Shown here: in pieces, positions 24,397 through 38,464 of the stretch | Position numbering within the stretch: the stretch's first letter is position 1 | Layout of the letters: every line of letters starts with the position of its first letter | Assembly (NCBI GenBank): GCA_973895155.1 | Contig: OZ316898.1 | Span: forward strand, 5,691,079 to 5,755,078 | Source of the DNA: Marsupella aquatica | Lineage: Eukaryota > Plantae > Marchantiophyta | Direction of reading: 5' to 3' | Length of the DNA stretch: 64,000 bases | The notes under the pieces: model-generated | The model's input: the letters and a program-made list of their open reading frames with translations, nothing else | Told to the model about the DNA's origin: nothing | Databases searched by the model: none | Translations under genes and position numbers: made by a program

Positions 24397-27300
24397 ATGC
24401 AACCGATGCATCCTCGGCAGAGACGCCCAAAGCAGCAACCACAGCAGAGACGGCAGCAGCAGGAGCATGACCAAGAACGCCTCCACCAAGTTCTATCGCG
24501 CCTGCAGTCGGCCCTGCATCTGGGCCTGCGACCAACCTCCCAGTACGTCGCCCTGCCCTCGATTCTCCCCTCCTCTTTTGCCAATTTGCTCATCTCGATG
24601 CATGATTGTTCAATTCCGTCCTTTCTGGCCACTCTTACTCCGTAGCTCCAGTTCAAGACCTGTGCAAATGTGAGTCGACCCAATATGATCTCTCAAACTC
24701 ACTGTGTTTTGCTCCGCTTTTCGAATTCTCTTCCCACCGCTGTTCCTTGTGCAATCTTCAGGTTACTGATCACGTCTTCTTCCCTGCGAATGTGGGGGCC
24801 ACGGACTACGCAGCGCAATAGATGTTAGAATGAATGATTTCTGTGATCTTTTTATTGTAATTAATTGTCAGATTCCCCTTTGACGTTGTGCCTGGATTGA
24901 TTGGGGGATCAGTTATTGCTTGAGTTCAAGTGTCGTTCCTGCTCTGTTCTCGGAACTGAATTTCTAGTTCGGAAGACGTCAGCATCCTGTTCGGTAGTTT
25001 GAATTCAGTGCACTTTGTAGTATCTCTCAGCGGACGTCTCAGCGGAATTCCTGTCAATTTTTTATGAATTTATGAAAGTTTAACAGACCATATCATTCAA
25101 AGTGAAATTCTTGATTGAAGTGGTCATTGTTGTTGTAAATTGGGTGTTTGATAGGGAGAAAACCGCAGAGAAAAAATGGTACAATACAGATGCAGAAGTG
25201 CAGGTGCAGGCCATACGTGCCATCGTAGAGTTCGTTCGCACGCTCTCCTCTCAGCAGGGTCGCCCTACCCTGCCGCAGGTAAGAGTGAATCGATATGCGA
25301 ATCTACAAGTCAATGATGCCAATTAGGGTAAGGGATAGTAAATTCAAGATTTCAAAGGTACCACACCCGAAGTCAGAAAATGAAAAATCGAGGTCTTAAA
25401 GTTGGCGAGGGGAATGGAAGATAACGGCCGAGTAAAAGTAATGCACAAAGAGGGACGACCACTTAGGCAATCCCTGTGTACTCTTGGCGAGCAGTTTTGA
25501 AGACTCACTGTTTTGTGGAGATGGCCCAGATCTTCCCTCTTAGAGTCAGTTAAACAAGATGGTGCTACGATAGCGCTCTTGTTTTACGTTCGTGAAGCAA
25601 TCACTACAATAGATGGGATTGCCCTGGGCCAGAACCCCCGTCAATCCTGTCTCCTGTCCACTTGGCATTTAGTGACTAGAACTTAGACACGTTCTAGGCA
25701 CGTAGACTGAATGAATCTGTATATCTCAAAGGGTAAGCATGCCCAATCAGAGCATGGGGAAAAATCGATTTGACGATATGAAGGTGGCTCTTCGTTAAGG
25801 TATCGTAGATGGGTTTGACAGTTTTCTATTTGCGGTGAAGGACAGAATATTAGAAGACAGGTAAAAGTGCCAGAATTAAGAGTAGAAAGAAATCTAGGTC
25901 AAGGCTCATGAGGAAACTGATGCTATATAGTCAACTCGACTTTGATCTAGCTCTTCAGACTTTTTTCCATCGAACCAGGCAACAGGAGCGTGGTCTACTT
26001 TCTCACTATTCGCCTCCTTGTCCTTCTATCAATTGATCGTTCCTGGGAGTTAGTGCAGCTTAAGTTCAAGCATCATCAATCATCATAGGCGACTAATCGG
26101 TCATGGCCTAGAGCATAACTAAGAGTTGATTGTGTGGTACTGCAGGTGTTAGTAGAGGAGGCGGTGGCAGCTCTCGAGGGTCTACTTGGGGCGGCGAGCG
26201 AGGTGGTGTACAGCAAGGCAGCAGATGTGGCTGCTGGATTGATATCAACTATGGGTGATGGTTTGTTAGGATATGGAGGTGAACGTTTGGTTGGGCCACT
26301 TGCCCAGCTTCTGAAATACTCAAAGGCACCGACTTCGATTTCAGCAGCCACGGCTTTGCACGGCATTTTTGCCAAGGTTAAGCCAAGAACTGCCTCCAAG
26401 GGTTCCGAGGATGGCATGTGGGGTGCTCTAGAGGATGCTGATGCATTAAGCATCATAGTGCGTACTGTAGAAGATGAAACGGGAAATTCTGGAAGAGATG
26501 CAGCATTTATCGAGTTACTGGCTGTCATTTTGGAACGATGGTCTGAGTCAAGATATAGGATTGGCAGTATAAAATATTTTCCGGCTACCTTACAACTCAG
26601 ATGCATGAGCAGCAGCGTGCCTGTTGCACAAGGAGCTTTGCATGCTTTGTCAGCTTTGGGTACCTTCTCATTGCACGTCATGAATTTCTCTTTATATGTC
26701 AGACCTCAACCTTCACAATATGTAGAAGTAACATCACATTCTCAATGGCGGTTTGAAGCGTGAAACCACATTTAGTAAATCTCATTATACTCACAATATT
26801 TAATTGAGGTTTCCATTTTTCGATAGAGACAACGAGTTTCTTAAATCGTGCAAGAATAGGTGTTTCCATTGCACTTGTTAATGTCAGAGCCTTACCACTC
26901 TTCTTGTAAAGCCTACAATTTTTTTGTAAATAATATAGTACTCAGAACCTGTCATAGTTGCTAGCAGTGAGGAGTTGAAATTGTTGATCACTGGTTTTGA
27001 GCTTGTCAATCACTAATAGCGTATTGAACTTCTTGCCCTGTTGCTCTGTGTTTACAGCTCTTTGTGGATGCGCTGCCTCCATGTTGCTGAAAGCTGAGGG
27101 AACCATATGGTCAACTATTTCTTTCTGTGTGCATCCCTCCAGGCCTCACGGTATCCAGTTGGAAGCTCTCCGCCTCTTGACTTCACTGTGTGTAAGTGGC
27201 TTTCTGACGGTCTTAGCACAATATCTTGTCGGTCTGAAATTAGTATCTGGAGATTCTCACTTTTACCCTTTTTTCTTTGAGTAGCAAGAGTCTAGCTAAC

Positions 27301-30300
27301 AATTTAAATTCTCGTCCTCTGTATTCAATTCTTATCCTGTAGCTAAATAACCCAGTTGTATCTCTAGTCTATAGTGTTGGATGCAAAATCACCATTTGTT
27401 TCACAAAATCTGTGTTAGCTGACTGCAAATTGCAGTTCAAAGTCTGATCTGCCATTCAATTTAAGGCCACACCTGACGTTTCAGGAGGACTTAACAGACT
27501 CAATAAGTCTCCCACCTGTCGTCTGTGTCTGCTGCCTAAATAAATCACTTGGGTGTACAGAAGAGACCGACTTTTGGCGCATCATTTACTGGACCACATG
27601 TGGAAGGCATTGCTGCTGGTTGCTCAAGAGCTCTTGAGCAGGTAAGGATATTGGTCGAAAACAGGTGGACACCTGAAGTTGAAACATTGATAGTAGAAGC
27701 TGCTCATGCAACAAGCTCAATTCTCAGCTGGCCAGGTCTGCATCACAGCGCTTTTTTCCGAAATGGGATTGAAGACGCTCTTCTCGCAGCACTTTCAGGG
27801 ATGCAAAATAGGAGAGACAACATGCATCGAGCAGGACAGGACCAGCCACTAAATTCAACCATTGATCGTCGATCTCGAGGAAACAAGTTAAATCCACGAC
27901 TCAGGCCACTACTTTGGGAGATTGTTGGCTGGTTGGGAGCACATCATAACTCACAATTGGAAAGTCATTCTACACCCACAGCTCTACAACAGAAAGTCCT
28001 CAGCAAACAACTGCCAGCTCTGGCTTGGTGAGTTGTTATAATCATGCACAGCATCTAGGTTGGCTGATTGTATGCTGTTCAATTTTTTTTGTATTTGCTT
28101 ATAGCACCATTCAACTGGGGCCCCTCAAGTGTGAATTAGATTTTTCATCGCATTCACTCCATGTACCTTTTATGACAATGTCTAACGCTATGCTTTCAAC
28201 AGTGGTGCCTTGGCAAAATCTTTGAGGAAACGAGGACGGAGCCCTAATTGGTATGAGATGGATCACATGCGAGAGGCAGATCCGGCACGAGGAGATTCCG
28301 AAGCAGAGTTACAGGAAGAACAGCCAATGAACGCCCAGGAAGTGGTGCAGATTTGCAAAGCAGTACTCTTACTCCTCTCTTCACCCTCTCAAGCCATTGC
28401 ATCGTGCACAAAGAAGTGTCTTCAAGATGCATTGATGTCACATGGCTTTGACTGGTTGCCTTCTCTGGTAACCACGCTAACCCTTGCTGGTTCCAATATG
28501 ACTAAAATTAATCATATTCAAACAATGACAAATCTCCTTGCTCTGGCTTGTGTGTCCTGGCTAGATGTGTGTCAAGAGCAATTGGTAGAGCTTGAAGCAT
28601 TAGGGGTGGTGTTGGGAATAGTTCAGGATCACATACGTGACATTGACCAAAAGGGAACTGAGCGCCTCTCTCTAATGAGTACTCAAGTATACTCTGTAGG
28701 ATTCCAGGCTTGTTGCACAGATGCCCAGACCTGGGAAGGTTGTGATGCTGTTCTTTTCTGTGCACTTTGGGCATTTTTCAGAGTGTTACAGTGCTCAGGC
28801 TGGGTAAAAAGGGTCCGAGAAACCGTAACACAGCATATGCTGGACAACTTGGCCTCGGATGACACCGAAGAAGGAGAAATATTGTATATGCTTTGGACAG
28901 TGGCTGGCGACAAGGAAAAGTCTGCTGGTGTTCGTTGGTATGGGGTATGTTGTTTGGCGTGCTTTGGTGTATATGGTTTTCCAAACATCGTGGGCAAAGA
29001 TATGAAGAGTGCAATAGATGATCCTTCATCAGCGGATGTCGTCTTTGTGATGGGAGATGGAAGCCGTTTGTTTGCACATGGAGTAATGCTGGCAGCTCGG
29101 TGTGAATCTATGCTGCCAGCCAAATTACAGTCTACAGTACCTGTGATTTCAGTTGCGTCTGATTTGAAGTCATTCAGACAGAGCGAGCCAAAGATGATCG
29201 ACTGGGGCCACTTAAATGGCGGAGAAAATGAAGAAGTGGCGGATCCTGCGAGATCAGTCCCAGTAGAAGTGCAGGTGTCACCGAGATTAAGTCGTGGATC
29301 ATTGAAGGCTCTTTTGGAGTTTGTGTATACTGGAATTGTCTATATTCCGCTAGATCTGGTGGCCGAGATGAAAATTCTGGCAAAGCGTTGTCACTTGGAG
29401 CGTCTTACAACTCTTCTACAAGGAAAAGGTCCAGTGTGGGGTCAACCTCCTCCTCTATGTGACCTTTCTCTCAGTCTGGATACGAAAGGATATTCTCTAT
29501 CGTACGTTATCTCCACCTGGACTGTCCCTACCGAGTTTGTTGGTGAAAATGAAGTTAGTATACTGGAGTTTCATAGTTTTGGGATGAACTAGTAGAGTTG
29601 GTATTCCAAGGGGACTTCTTGGATAACGAATCCTTAAACTAGCTATTTCAATTTGATACCGTCACAGTAGGAAGCGGATCTCTAAACTTTTTGTTATCGG
29701 GACAGGAACAGGCAGCAGCTTTATTCAAGTCTAAAGTCTGGCTTTTGATTCTGTAGGAAGAACGCCTTTATATAATGCCCTTTAAACATTTATTACTGGA
29801 TGTAAGAAATGTGCTTTATTGTGCAGGGATATATTACTACGACCAGAATCATTGTCGAGTGAGTTATCGAGTGAAAAGCTCTGCAGGGCATGCAACGTGA
29901 TTGCAGACCATTTGCATGCCCATCGAATTGTATTATCTTCTCGTTGTGGCTACTTTCAAGCCCTGTTTCGATCTGGAATGCGAGATAGGTAGGTTAAATG
30001 TTGTATTTATATCTTCCTCACTTATGTGTTCGTTTCCTTTGTCATTCTGTGCTTATTCAATTATTGACAGGTGGGTTAATTGTACCTTAATATGCAAATA
30101 AGTGATCTAATTATGGTAACTATGTTCAATCACCTAACCTTTTACATCCTTGGAATTCAGTGCTCAGAAGGAAGTGAAAATACCTGCCAGGATAGGCACA
30201 ATCAAGAAGTTCCTATTGTACTTGTACAGCGGAGAATTGACCAAGGAGGGAGGGTCAGACTGTGCTTGGAGATGCTCGGGGACAGAAGCACAGCTGGGCT

Positions 30301-30590
30301 TCATGGCTTCTCTTGTTGAATTGGCTGAGCTAGCCGGGCAATGGGTTCTGGAAGACCTTCAAGCGTTGACGGTGGCGTTGATTGGCACATATCTTAATAA
30401 GAATATTCATTTATGCCTGCCGACTTTAAGTCTGGCAGCAGATAAGCAACTATGGGCAGTTGTAGACTCCTGTGCAGGATGTTTGGCACCAATATATCCA
30501 CAACTGCGAGATTCAGGTGCTCTAGATGATTTGCATGAGGAATTAAGGGATCTTGTGAGGGCTACTAATGTTAAGCTCTTCATGACCTGA
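24397..30590 (+). CDS. At1g04390-like ARM-repeat/BTB-POZ domain protein; exons 24397-24542, 25155-25278, 26146-26659, 27058-27191, 27561-28027, 28203-29501, 29827-29988, 30161-30590; ~1091 aa
   Basis: RLQSALHLGLR and KKWYNTDAEVQ at the N-terminus; WEGCDAVLF; FGVYGFP; two BTB domains (ADVVFVMGDGSRLFAHGVMLAARC..LLEFVYTG; HLHAHRIVLSSRCGYFQALFRSGMRDS..FLLYLYSGEL); exon phases join to 3276 nt. Confidence 0.9.
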
Positions 30591-31767
30591 AGGGAGGACG
30601 AGTACTGGAATACTCTAAATATTTAATGTTCAGCGCGAACCATCGCTCCCAATACTTCTGCACAGGACGACGTGAGACGCAGCAAGCAGGGAAATGTAAG
30701 GTGTGTTAACCTTTTTCACATGTCAGTAACGTTCCAATTATCTATCTCTCCGTCTTTGTTAGATGGTTCCCTAGTACGTAGATTTGCTGAAGTCTGTTCT
30801 TCGAGTTGTTCTGAATATGGTGATGTACATGCAGGAATGCAGATTGTGGGCAATTTCACATCATCTGTGCTATACCTTGAGAAGCGTTGTGCATGGAGAG
30901 TTATCAAGGAACCAGATTGAACCACTTGACAGCATGGATCGACAAATAGACTAACGAAAAGTTGCTCAAGTCTCTCCGCATTCGTCGTCATTATTATCCT
31001 GAATGAAGCCAGCAAATTGATTGCAATAGATTGTCTTCTTAATCCACGTTGACAAGTGGGTTACATGGGTTTGAAGTGGGAGAGCACCTGGAACAAGAGC
31101 TCTCTTGCTTTCCAAAGAGATTAAGGAGCTTGCTGGCTTATACTGAATCAGTCTTTGCTGTCAACGATAAGCACGGTGTGGGTTGGACAGTTTACAAAAG
31201 GCATCGCACACTGCAAATTGAAAAATTAGAGTCAACTGGGGAGTATATGGAGCAGACTTACTGGAGAGCAGGTCCAATAGGCAATCACCTATTGTAGCCA
31301 AGACACTATGGCACTTGTGTAAGTTAATTTGTAAGACATTTAAGTTAAAATCAAACTCGGTGAACGAATGAGGACCACTTCGCAAGATTGCCAATGGCTA
31401 AACTAAGTGCTCTATATAAACTAGAGCCTCAGAATGACCTGAGTTTTTAGTTGATACGTTAGATTTAGGGTGGTAACTTGTACGAGTCCGAGACTGAACT
31501 CTTCGATTTTTTCAGATGTTCAATTCCTGTAACCCTTCTGGACAAGGATATGTCATAGGATCCATTGTAGGATGAATCGTCACTCGGTTGAGTTGGCACC
31601 CGATATGAGGATGCCCTAGTTCAAGATATACTGTATACACTACACAATTTGGAAAGTTTTTTGAGGTAACGAATGACACTTGGTGGGCTGACTTCCTGAG
31701 TGAAGAAGAGTTGGTTGAAAAGGTCTACCAAGAGTGAACAATGGTCAAATGTTGAATCTGTGAGAAA

Positions 31768-31942
31768 CATATTTTAGCAACCAGCACTAACAGTCCTACA
31801 CTAAGAAATAGTGGCGATCAGAGAATGCATCAATAATTTCTCCTATTTGATTTCTCCTATCTGATTATTGAAATTATTGATGCATTCTCTGGTCGCCACT
31901 ATTTCTTAGTGTAAGACTGTTAGTGCTGGTTGCTAAAATATG
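31768..31942. repeat. Near-perfect inverted repeat (73-bp arms, 29-nt spacer)
   Basis: 31768-31840 is the reverse complement of 31870-31942 with 2 differences. Confidence 0.92.
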
Positions 31943-32242
31943 CATCAATCAAATAGGAGAAATCAGATAGGATCATCATTAGCTCTCCTATCTGATTTTG
32001 AAAGGGGATATGGACTTGGGCTTGTCAAGTTTGTTCTAAGAACTTCCATTTGAGAGATTTTTTGAGCCCAACTCTTTTCATTTTGATCATAATATACTCA
32101 TAAGAAAGGATTGCAGGGGATAAGAAAGGATTGCAGGGGATGTGGAGAAGTGTGTCAAGTAAGTTCAGTTCGAATGAGATTTGGATTTGGATTTGGGCAA
32201 AGGGGCGTTACTGGGCACAAAACATGGAAACGAAATTAATCC

Positions 32243-33670
32243 TGGGCACATGATGCACATAATAAGAGGTTTTACTATATACAAAATAAATACATCGCAC
32301 GAGTGGTGGGCCTTGCCACCCTCTCTTACACGACCACTATTCAATGGTCCTCACTGTCTGCACAAGCAACCAAGCGTCTCGGTAAGTAACCCTTCATAAT
32401 CTAGATCTCTCCAAGTCTAGCATCCTAATTCAAGCTCAACAGACTTTGGTAAGTAGGTCAGCGATAGGTCCTCCCGATGCCATAAGCCGGACCAGAACCC
32501 ACGTCCACTATTCGTCCATAATAGATCCATCCTTGGCCGCAGCCCGGGTTCCCCCTCGTACCTATCCATCACCAACTGACCGCCCTAACCCCAGGACATG
32601 CTCATGGCCCAAATAGCGTAGCTTGTCCTAAAGCTTGTCCCAAGCTTGTCCCAACACGCCGGGACCAGAATGGCCCCGACTCTAGCAACCAACTCTCGGT
32701 TCTTGCCCCACTCGTGGTCTAGGGCCCAATCACCCTTGGAACTCAACTTGCACGCCTACTTGGCCTAGCCTTCCCAACGCAAGCTCCCTTGGGATACTGA
32801 ACGCGGCTTGGCTGCTGTTCGGCAGGATTTGGCAAGTAGGCGAGCTAACACCCGCAAACCTTGAGAACCCCTAGCACCCCCAGACCCAGCAGATCTCAGG
32901 AGGGTCTGGCCCTCTTCAAGATCTTTCCAACGCACCCAAAAAGTCCTCCAACGGACTTCTCGTTGAGAAGATATCGCCGTTTCCGTTTGGCGTTTTCCCT
33001 TAGTGTCGCCACCACCGCGGCTCACGACTTCGGCTCGCCCTTGGCCCCCAAGGAAACACCACTCCCCTCATATATGCTTCTGGAGACCTGCCACCCCTGG
33101 ACCAACTTTGGTCCCTAAACATTTGGCCTCCAACCCGGATCCTATCGTGCATAGTGGGCGCGTCACCAACTGGCAACGCTCATAACTTTCTTGTTAGGCG
33201 TCTGCAAGCGGAGTGCCTTAGCTCGTTGTGATTGGGTTGACCCAGTGCTCATGCCTAGGCCCTCAGGTCTTATTGCCACTCGGGGTCCCCGATCGGCCAA
33301 ACCCAGATCGGGTCATAACTCACGCCCCAAGCGTCCGTTGCCTATGGGGTCAACTCCATTGGCCTTGGGCCCAAGAGGAGCTCACACTCAAGCCCTCGGA
33401 ACTCAAATTCCATCTGGGGGTCCGGACGGTCGACCTTGAGCCCGGCCCCTTTTCCCCTTGACCCGACCAGCTCTTAGCTAGCCTAAGTCCTTAATGTGTA
33501 TCACCAGCCTGGTGCCTTGCCTTTGCCAGTGCCACGTTTCATTGCCCACAAGTCTCCCCATGCTAAGTCCTCCCCGGATGGCCTATCCGGGCCTCGACCA
33601 TAAGGGAGCTCGGCATCGGAGCTAGCGACGCCGGAGCTAAGTGTTAAGGTAGTCGAGTTCCGCAACTGCA
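32243..33670 (-). mobile_element. Ty3/Gypsy-type solo LTR (~1.4 kb)
   Basis: Ends TA(decayed TG)...CA; 5-bp TSD CATAA/CGTAA; GC-rich body with chromovirus-LTR-like motifs (ctcataactt, ggtccggacggtcg); no internal domain. Confidence 0.6.
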
Positions 33671-34438
33671 CGTAATAGAGGGTGATCTGTAGTTTTTAAT
33701 TTTCAGTACATTTATGGAGAAGAACAAAGATTTGTATCTACTAATTATGAAACTTCTAACCACGTGTACTAAAATTAAAACTCTTACACCTGTAGTCATA
33801 TTAATGTTCTAATACCAGAGCATTCTGAGCATTAGTAACCTCTCAAAACTTTAGCTTTTGTTTTTCAGAGCATTATGGCATCATCAATGCCATGTAAACA
33901 GGAAGTCACTACCATTCAAACTACCATTCAAACCAGTGGGCAAATACACTCTGCAGAAACAACAGAAGTGGGGATGTGAGGGTGAGCAGAAGCCACCCTA
34001 ATTGCGCATAGTTTCATGGGAAGGGGTGTAGGGAGTGCAAGCACCTCCCTCTGATATCTGTTGGGATCCAACTATGCCATATTCCAAGGTGTACATAGTA
34101 TTCAAATATATGAATTTTGGAAATGAGAATGTTGGCACTGCTACTATACAATACAGGGAAACTATAGAGCTCCACAAGTGAACCTAGGGTGTGAAAAAAC
34201 ATTATACCCCTCAAGATGGTACTTGTATGCCCCTCATAAAACTGCAATCTTACTAGCTCAAACATTATGACTGCACATATGTAGTCCTCAGTCCTGGCCC
34301 ACGGAACCCAACCTGGAAAAGCTCCGCTCCTACAAACTCTCCTCAGCCCTAGCCCAAAGACTCCAGCTCAAAAATGCTCCTCTCCACACACGTTGACTGA
34401 GGATGTATTTCATCCAGCCTGGAAGTCTCACAGAGGCT

Positions 34439-34727
34439 GAGAGATATATTTGATGGACCCCTAAATTGAAAAAGTGTTATTTCATGGACCCCACTAGTTT
34501 TTGGGTAAAAAAGTGTTACTTGATGGACCCCATTAAGTTTTGAGCAGGTTCATTTAAGGTACTCTTTGATTTAAGGTCCATCAAAGAGGGACCCACTAGT
34601 TTTTGGGTGAAAAGTGTTACTTGACGGACCCCATTAGTTTTTGGGTAGGTTGATTTAAGGTCCATCCATCACTCATGGGGTCCATCAATTAACACTTTTC
34701 ATTGTGTGTTCATCAAATATGTCTCTC
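34439..34727. mobile_element. Mutator-type MITE (GAGAG termini)
   Basis: TIR gagagatatatttgatg / catcaaatatgtctctc; repeated tgatggacccc motifs; TSD only 6/9 matched. Confidence 0.6.
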
Positions 34728-35214
34728 ACAAATGGTCTTCCCTCTATCACAATTGCATTCGTCTATCTCATGGCGCTCCCAGAACTTCCCTCGATCACAA
34801 TTGCATTCATGGATCGCATGACACTCCCAGAACTTTAAACCACCATTGGCCATATAAACAGAGAAGAGTCCACGACTTCCTCCTTTTCCCATTTCTTTCC
34901 GCTGAGAGACTTTTCTCCACACTTTCAGGAAAAAGCCAGGACGTACTAAAAATGATGGATCCATTTGTCATGGACATGGCATCGAGCTCTGGAGGACCAT
35001 GTGGCACCAATGGTAGCATACATTTGGTTGTGGGACTAAACTTTGCCTCTAGTTTGAAGCCTTGCACCAAGGTAGGTTGGTCAGTTGCATTGTGATTTTA
35101 ATTTTGTCCTAGACATATGTTACTTTGGAGTGAAAACTACTACACCTATCACTGTTGTGAATATTTTTTCACTTGTAGGTCCTCTCTGTAGTAAAGTTGT
35201 AGAGATTGCTTATG

Positions 35215-35393
35215 GAGAGATATGCTTAGTAGACCCCCTTCTTGAAAAAGTTTGCTTAATCAACCCCCTCCATGCATTTCCCCAATCTGGACCGTTGATG
35301 GACCTTTAGATCTCAGATCTGGACCGTTGATAGACCTCAGGGGGTTGATCAAGTAACAAGTTTCATTTTGGGGGTCGATCAAGCAAATACCTC
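35215..35393. mobile_element. Mutator-type MITE, 179 bp
   Basis: Imperfect long TIRs (gagagatatgctt... / ...aagcaaatacctc); perfect 9-bp TSD TTGCTTATG (35206-35214, 35394-35402). Confidence 0.8.
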
Positions 35394-36868
35394 TTGCTTA
35401 TGTACTAGTGCTTTATGTTCTATTATGGGAATTTCTTTCTCTGTCAAGTTCTCGTGTCTGCTTGTATTTGCTTGGGATTTCCTAGACTCGTGAAGCATGG
35501 AAGTTGCAAGTGCATTGAATTAGTGTGCTAGCTAAGACATGAGCTTTTATGTCTTAGCTTGCACATCCTTGCAATATTTTTAGCTCAGAGGTGCCCTTTG
35601 AACAGGAAGAAAGGGAGATGGCGAGCCTTTACCAACGTCGAGAGTATCCTTTCCCAGGAGACAAAGAGGTTGTGAAGGAGTTTGTCGAGCAAGGGGGCAC
35701 TTATGGTACGTACAATGTCACTTGCCTATCCAATGATTAATACATGCAAACCGTACTTTTCCTTGCTTAAACCGTTGGTATCGTATTACGGGGTCGTGGA
35801 GGGACGCTATTTGGAGGATTTCCACACCTAAGGATGAGTATGTTTGATTCCGCTCCCGGAAGTGTACTTTCTGATCAAGTCTACCGACTGGTCTCTCCGT
35901 TTTTGATCAAGTCCAAGGGACTGGTCCTACCATCTACAACTCATGCCCACCGGGTGAGTGCTGTCACCACCCCCCTCTCATGGGCAAGCATACAAACGTT
36001 TACAATCAGATTTGAACACTAGTGACAAGGGTAAATGTTTTCACAACGAAACCGACCACATGCACTAGGGGAGGAAAACAAACAACACAAGCAATAAGTG
36101 ACACACAAAATATTGGAACCTCAAGCCAAATCCATATCTCTTGGTGTTTCTCGTAACACATGCAAGGACAACCCGACCTCCTGTCGTCTGCCCAACTCCT
36201 GCCTCCTGGGGACAAGTGCTACGTTCTCCACCTCACTACTCTGGCTTGAACTTCTCCTAATCGGTGCGCTACTCACAAAAGCTACTCAAAAGCGTCAAGG
36301 CACTACGCTGAGTTCCCCCCTCACTACTCCAGGGCTCTCCCCCTAAATACTAGAAACAAACACCCCAAAGCACCCCTCACGGGGTCACAAAGATGGCGGC
36401 TACCCTAGCGGCGCCGCTAAAACCCTTCACAAAAGAAATCCCTAATCCTAAAGCATACGGCACACACATGCTCCTAAAACCCTAATCTAACAATGGGACC
36501 GACGGTGCCTTCGACGACGCCCCAACATCGCTCCGTGAACCGCAAACATGCAAGAGACCCCATAATTTCCAAAACTAGGCGCCACTTTGATTGCACCTCT
36601 GAGCTCATCCCTGGGTAGCCCTGCTCCCCCTGATCATGAATCATCAAACCGCTCCTGAAATGGACGTCGAACGACCAAGTTATGGCCGTTTCAGTATCAC
36701 TTACTTCCCAACTTCATCGGGCTCTAACTTACTCATCCTGGCTTCGTTTGAGGAGCGCCACCTCTTGTTGGAATCAACTCCGCGAGCTCTTTCCAACAAG
36801 CCCGTGAGTGCACCTTTCCAAAAAGTTTCAAAATCTAGAGGTTGCACGACCAAGTCCGTACGGCTACC

Positions 36869-38464
36869 CTAGTCCGCCTCCTCCTCACTCACGGTGCCAT
36901 GGCTTGAGCCCCGTGAGTTGGTCTCTTCGTCGCTCTCAATTGGAGTGGAGACTACTCCGCTTCTCTTCTTCTTCACAGGTGTACTCCTCCCGCTAGTGCT
37001 CCCTTGCTTCCTCAATGCCGCCAAGGCCTCGGGGGTCTCACTATATGGGGACCTCCCCATCGCCTGCGACGTTTTTAGGCCTCGGACCCCCTAAAATGTA
37101 AGAAAAAAATTAATTTTTTAACCCCTATAAAGTTGGAATATTCTTGGAATATTCTAAAAATTGGATTAAAAAAATTGGATTAAAAAGACCCTAATATTCT
37201 TATAAGTCTCAAAATTGAATTTAAAAGACCCTATTGTTCTTCTACAAAAATTCTTAAGTCTTCCCTTAGAACCAATAAAATGACCCTATCCTTCGTCACA
37301 CGTGATATGCCATTTTTGTGGAAGTGAAACCCCCGAGGCCAAGGCTTGCCAAGCCCTGACATAGCCCTCACCGATGGTATCCTTCCACAAAGTAGCCTCC
37401 TCCCCGGATTACAACTCCAACGGTAAAACCTGCCCGGTGGCCATGGGAGTCCCTGGTGTCACAGATCTGGGCGGCATCCCCGGGGTTCCCGTATTGACTT
37501 GGGCCTCTCGTAACGACTTACGTACCTCCTTGAGCTTCCTCTCCAAGCTCTTATTCTTCTCCTGATTCTTCTTGGCTGCTTCCAGCAGGGGACCGTACTT
37601 CACACTTACTTCTGTCACCACCATCTCAATGGCCTTGGAGACCAGGTCAGGGGAAAGCGTGGAGCTAGGTGGGCAGGGACTCTTCCGCTTCCCCAACTCA
37701 AGGCACCATCATCCATAAGCATGGGCTGGATGTTTCCGAATATCCAGAGCAATTATGAAATGCTCCCCGTTCACTACCCCGGATTGCACATTACCGAGGA
37801 CCCGTTGGTGAACCTTGGCCATAAATCCCTTGTGTGCTGCATCCTTGACAGCCGAGAGATGAATGGCCGTGGTGGAGGTGGGATTGTTCACCCAACAGGC
37901 CACCATTGTCAACATGAGATCCCCGATTATATTCCGGGGGGTGAATGAGAACTGCTGGTTCTCCAAAAACAAAAGCTTAGCCAATTCGGCATGAGGTACC
38001 AAACGCTGAATACATTCGAAATAAATCCCCTCCGTGCGCAATTCCATTCCAGCCTCCAAGTCCCAACTCTTCCCTGGAGGGATTCTAATCTCTACTCTCA
38101 TGAAGTCGGTGAGCCCGGTGGCCTGGAACATAGCTTTGCAATCTTCCATCACCTTGGCAGAGGTCTTGGGGTAAATTCAATGTAAAACCTTCCTCATAAC
38201 TGGTGCGGGACTTGCTGCCGGTCCAGTGCTCATTACCGCCTTTCTTCCTTCTCTCTCCCCCTCAATTAGTGTCGCAATGTACTCACGGTAAGCGGCCTTG
38301 TATCTACGAATGCGAGCTGCGCTGAACTCAGGCTGATCAAATCCTGGCCCGAACGGCCCCCGTATCACGATCAAGAATCACTCTCAATTTCCCCAGAAGT
38401 CCCTTAGTGCCGCAGCCGTTAATGCCCTGAAAACGTAAGTCATCAAGCTCCCATAATCAACCAT
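36869..38464 (-). pseudogene. LTR-internal ORF of unknown function, copy 1 (stops, deletion, MITE insertion)
   Basis: ORF fragments 38177-38374, 37709-38152, 37409-37696 and 36869-37060 are collinear with the copy-2 fragments. Confidence 0.7.
37028..37337. mobile_element. MITE with CTCGGGGG termini and 8-bp TSD (310 bp)
   Basis: TIR ctcgggggtctcact / agtgaaacccccgag; TSD GCCAAGGC (37020-37027, 37338-37345); empty site in LTR copy 2 at ~60041. Confidence 0.88.

Noticed and set aside
33960-34430. Decayed SWIM/MULE-related fragment (WVPWARTEDY) on the - strand
   Set aside because: Only a short motif resemblance; frames broken.
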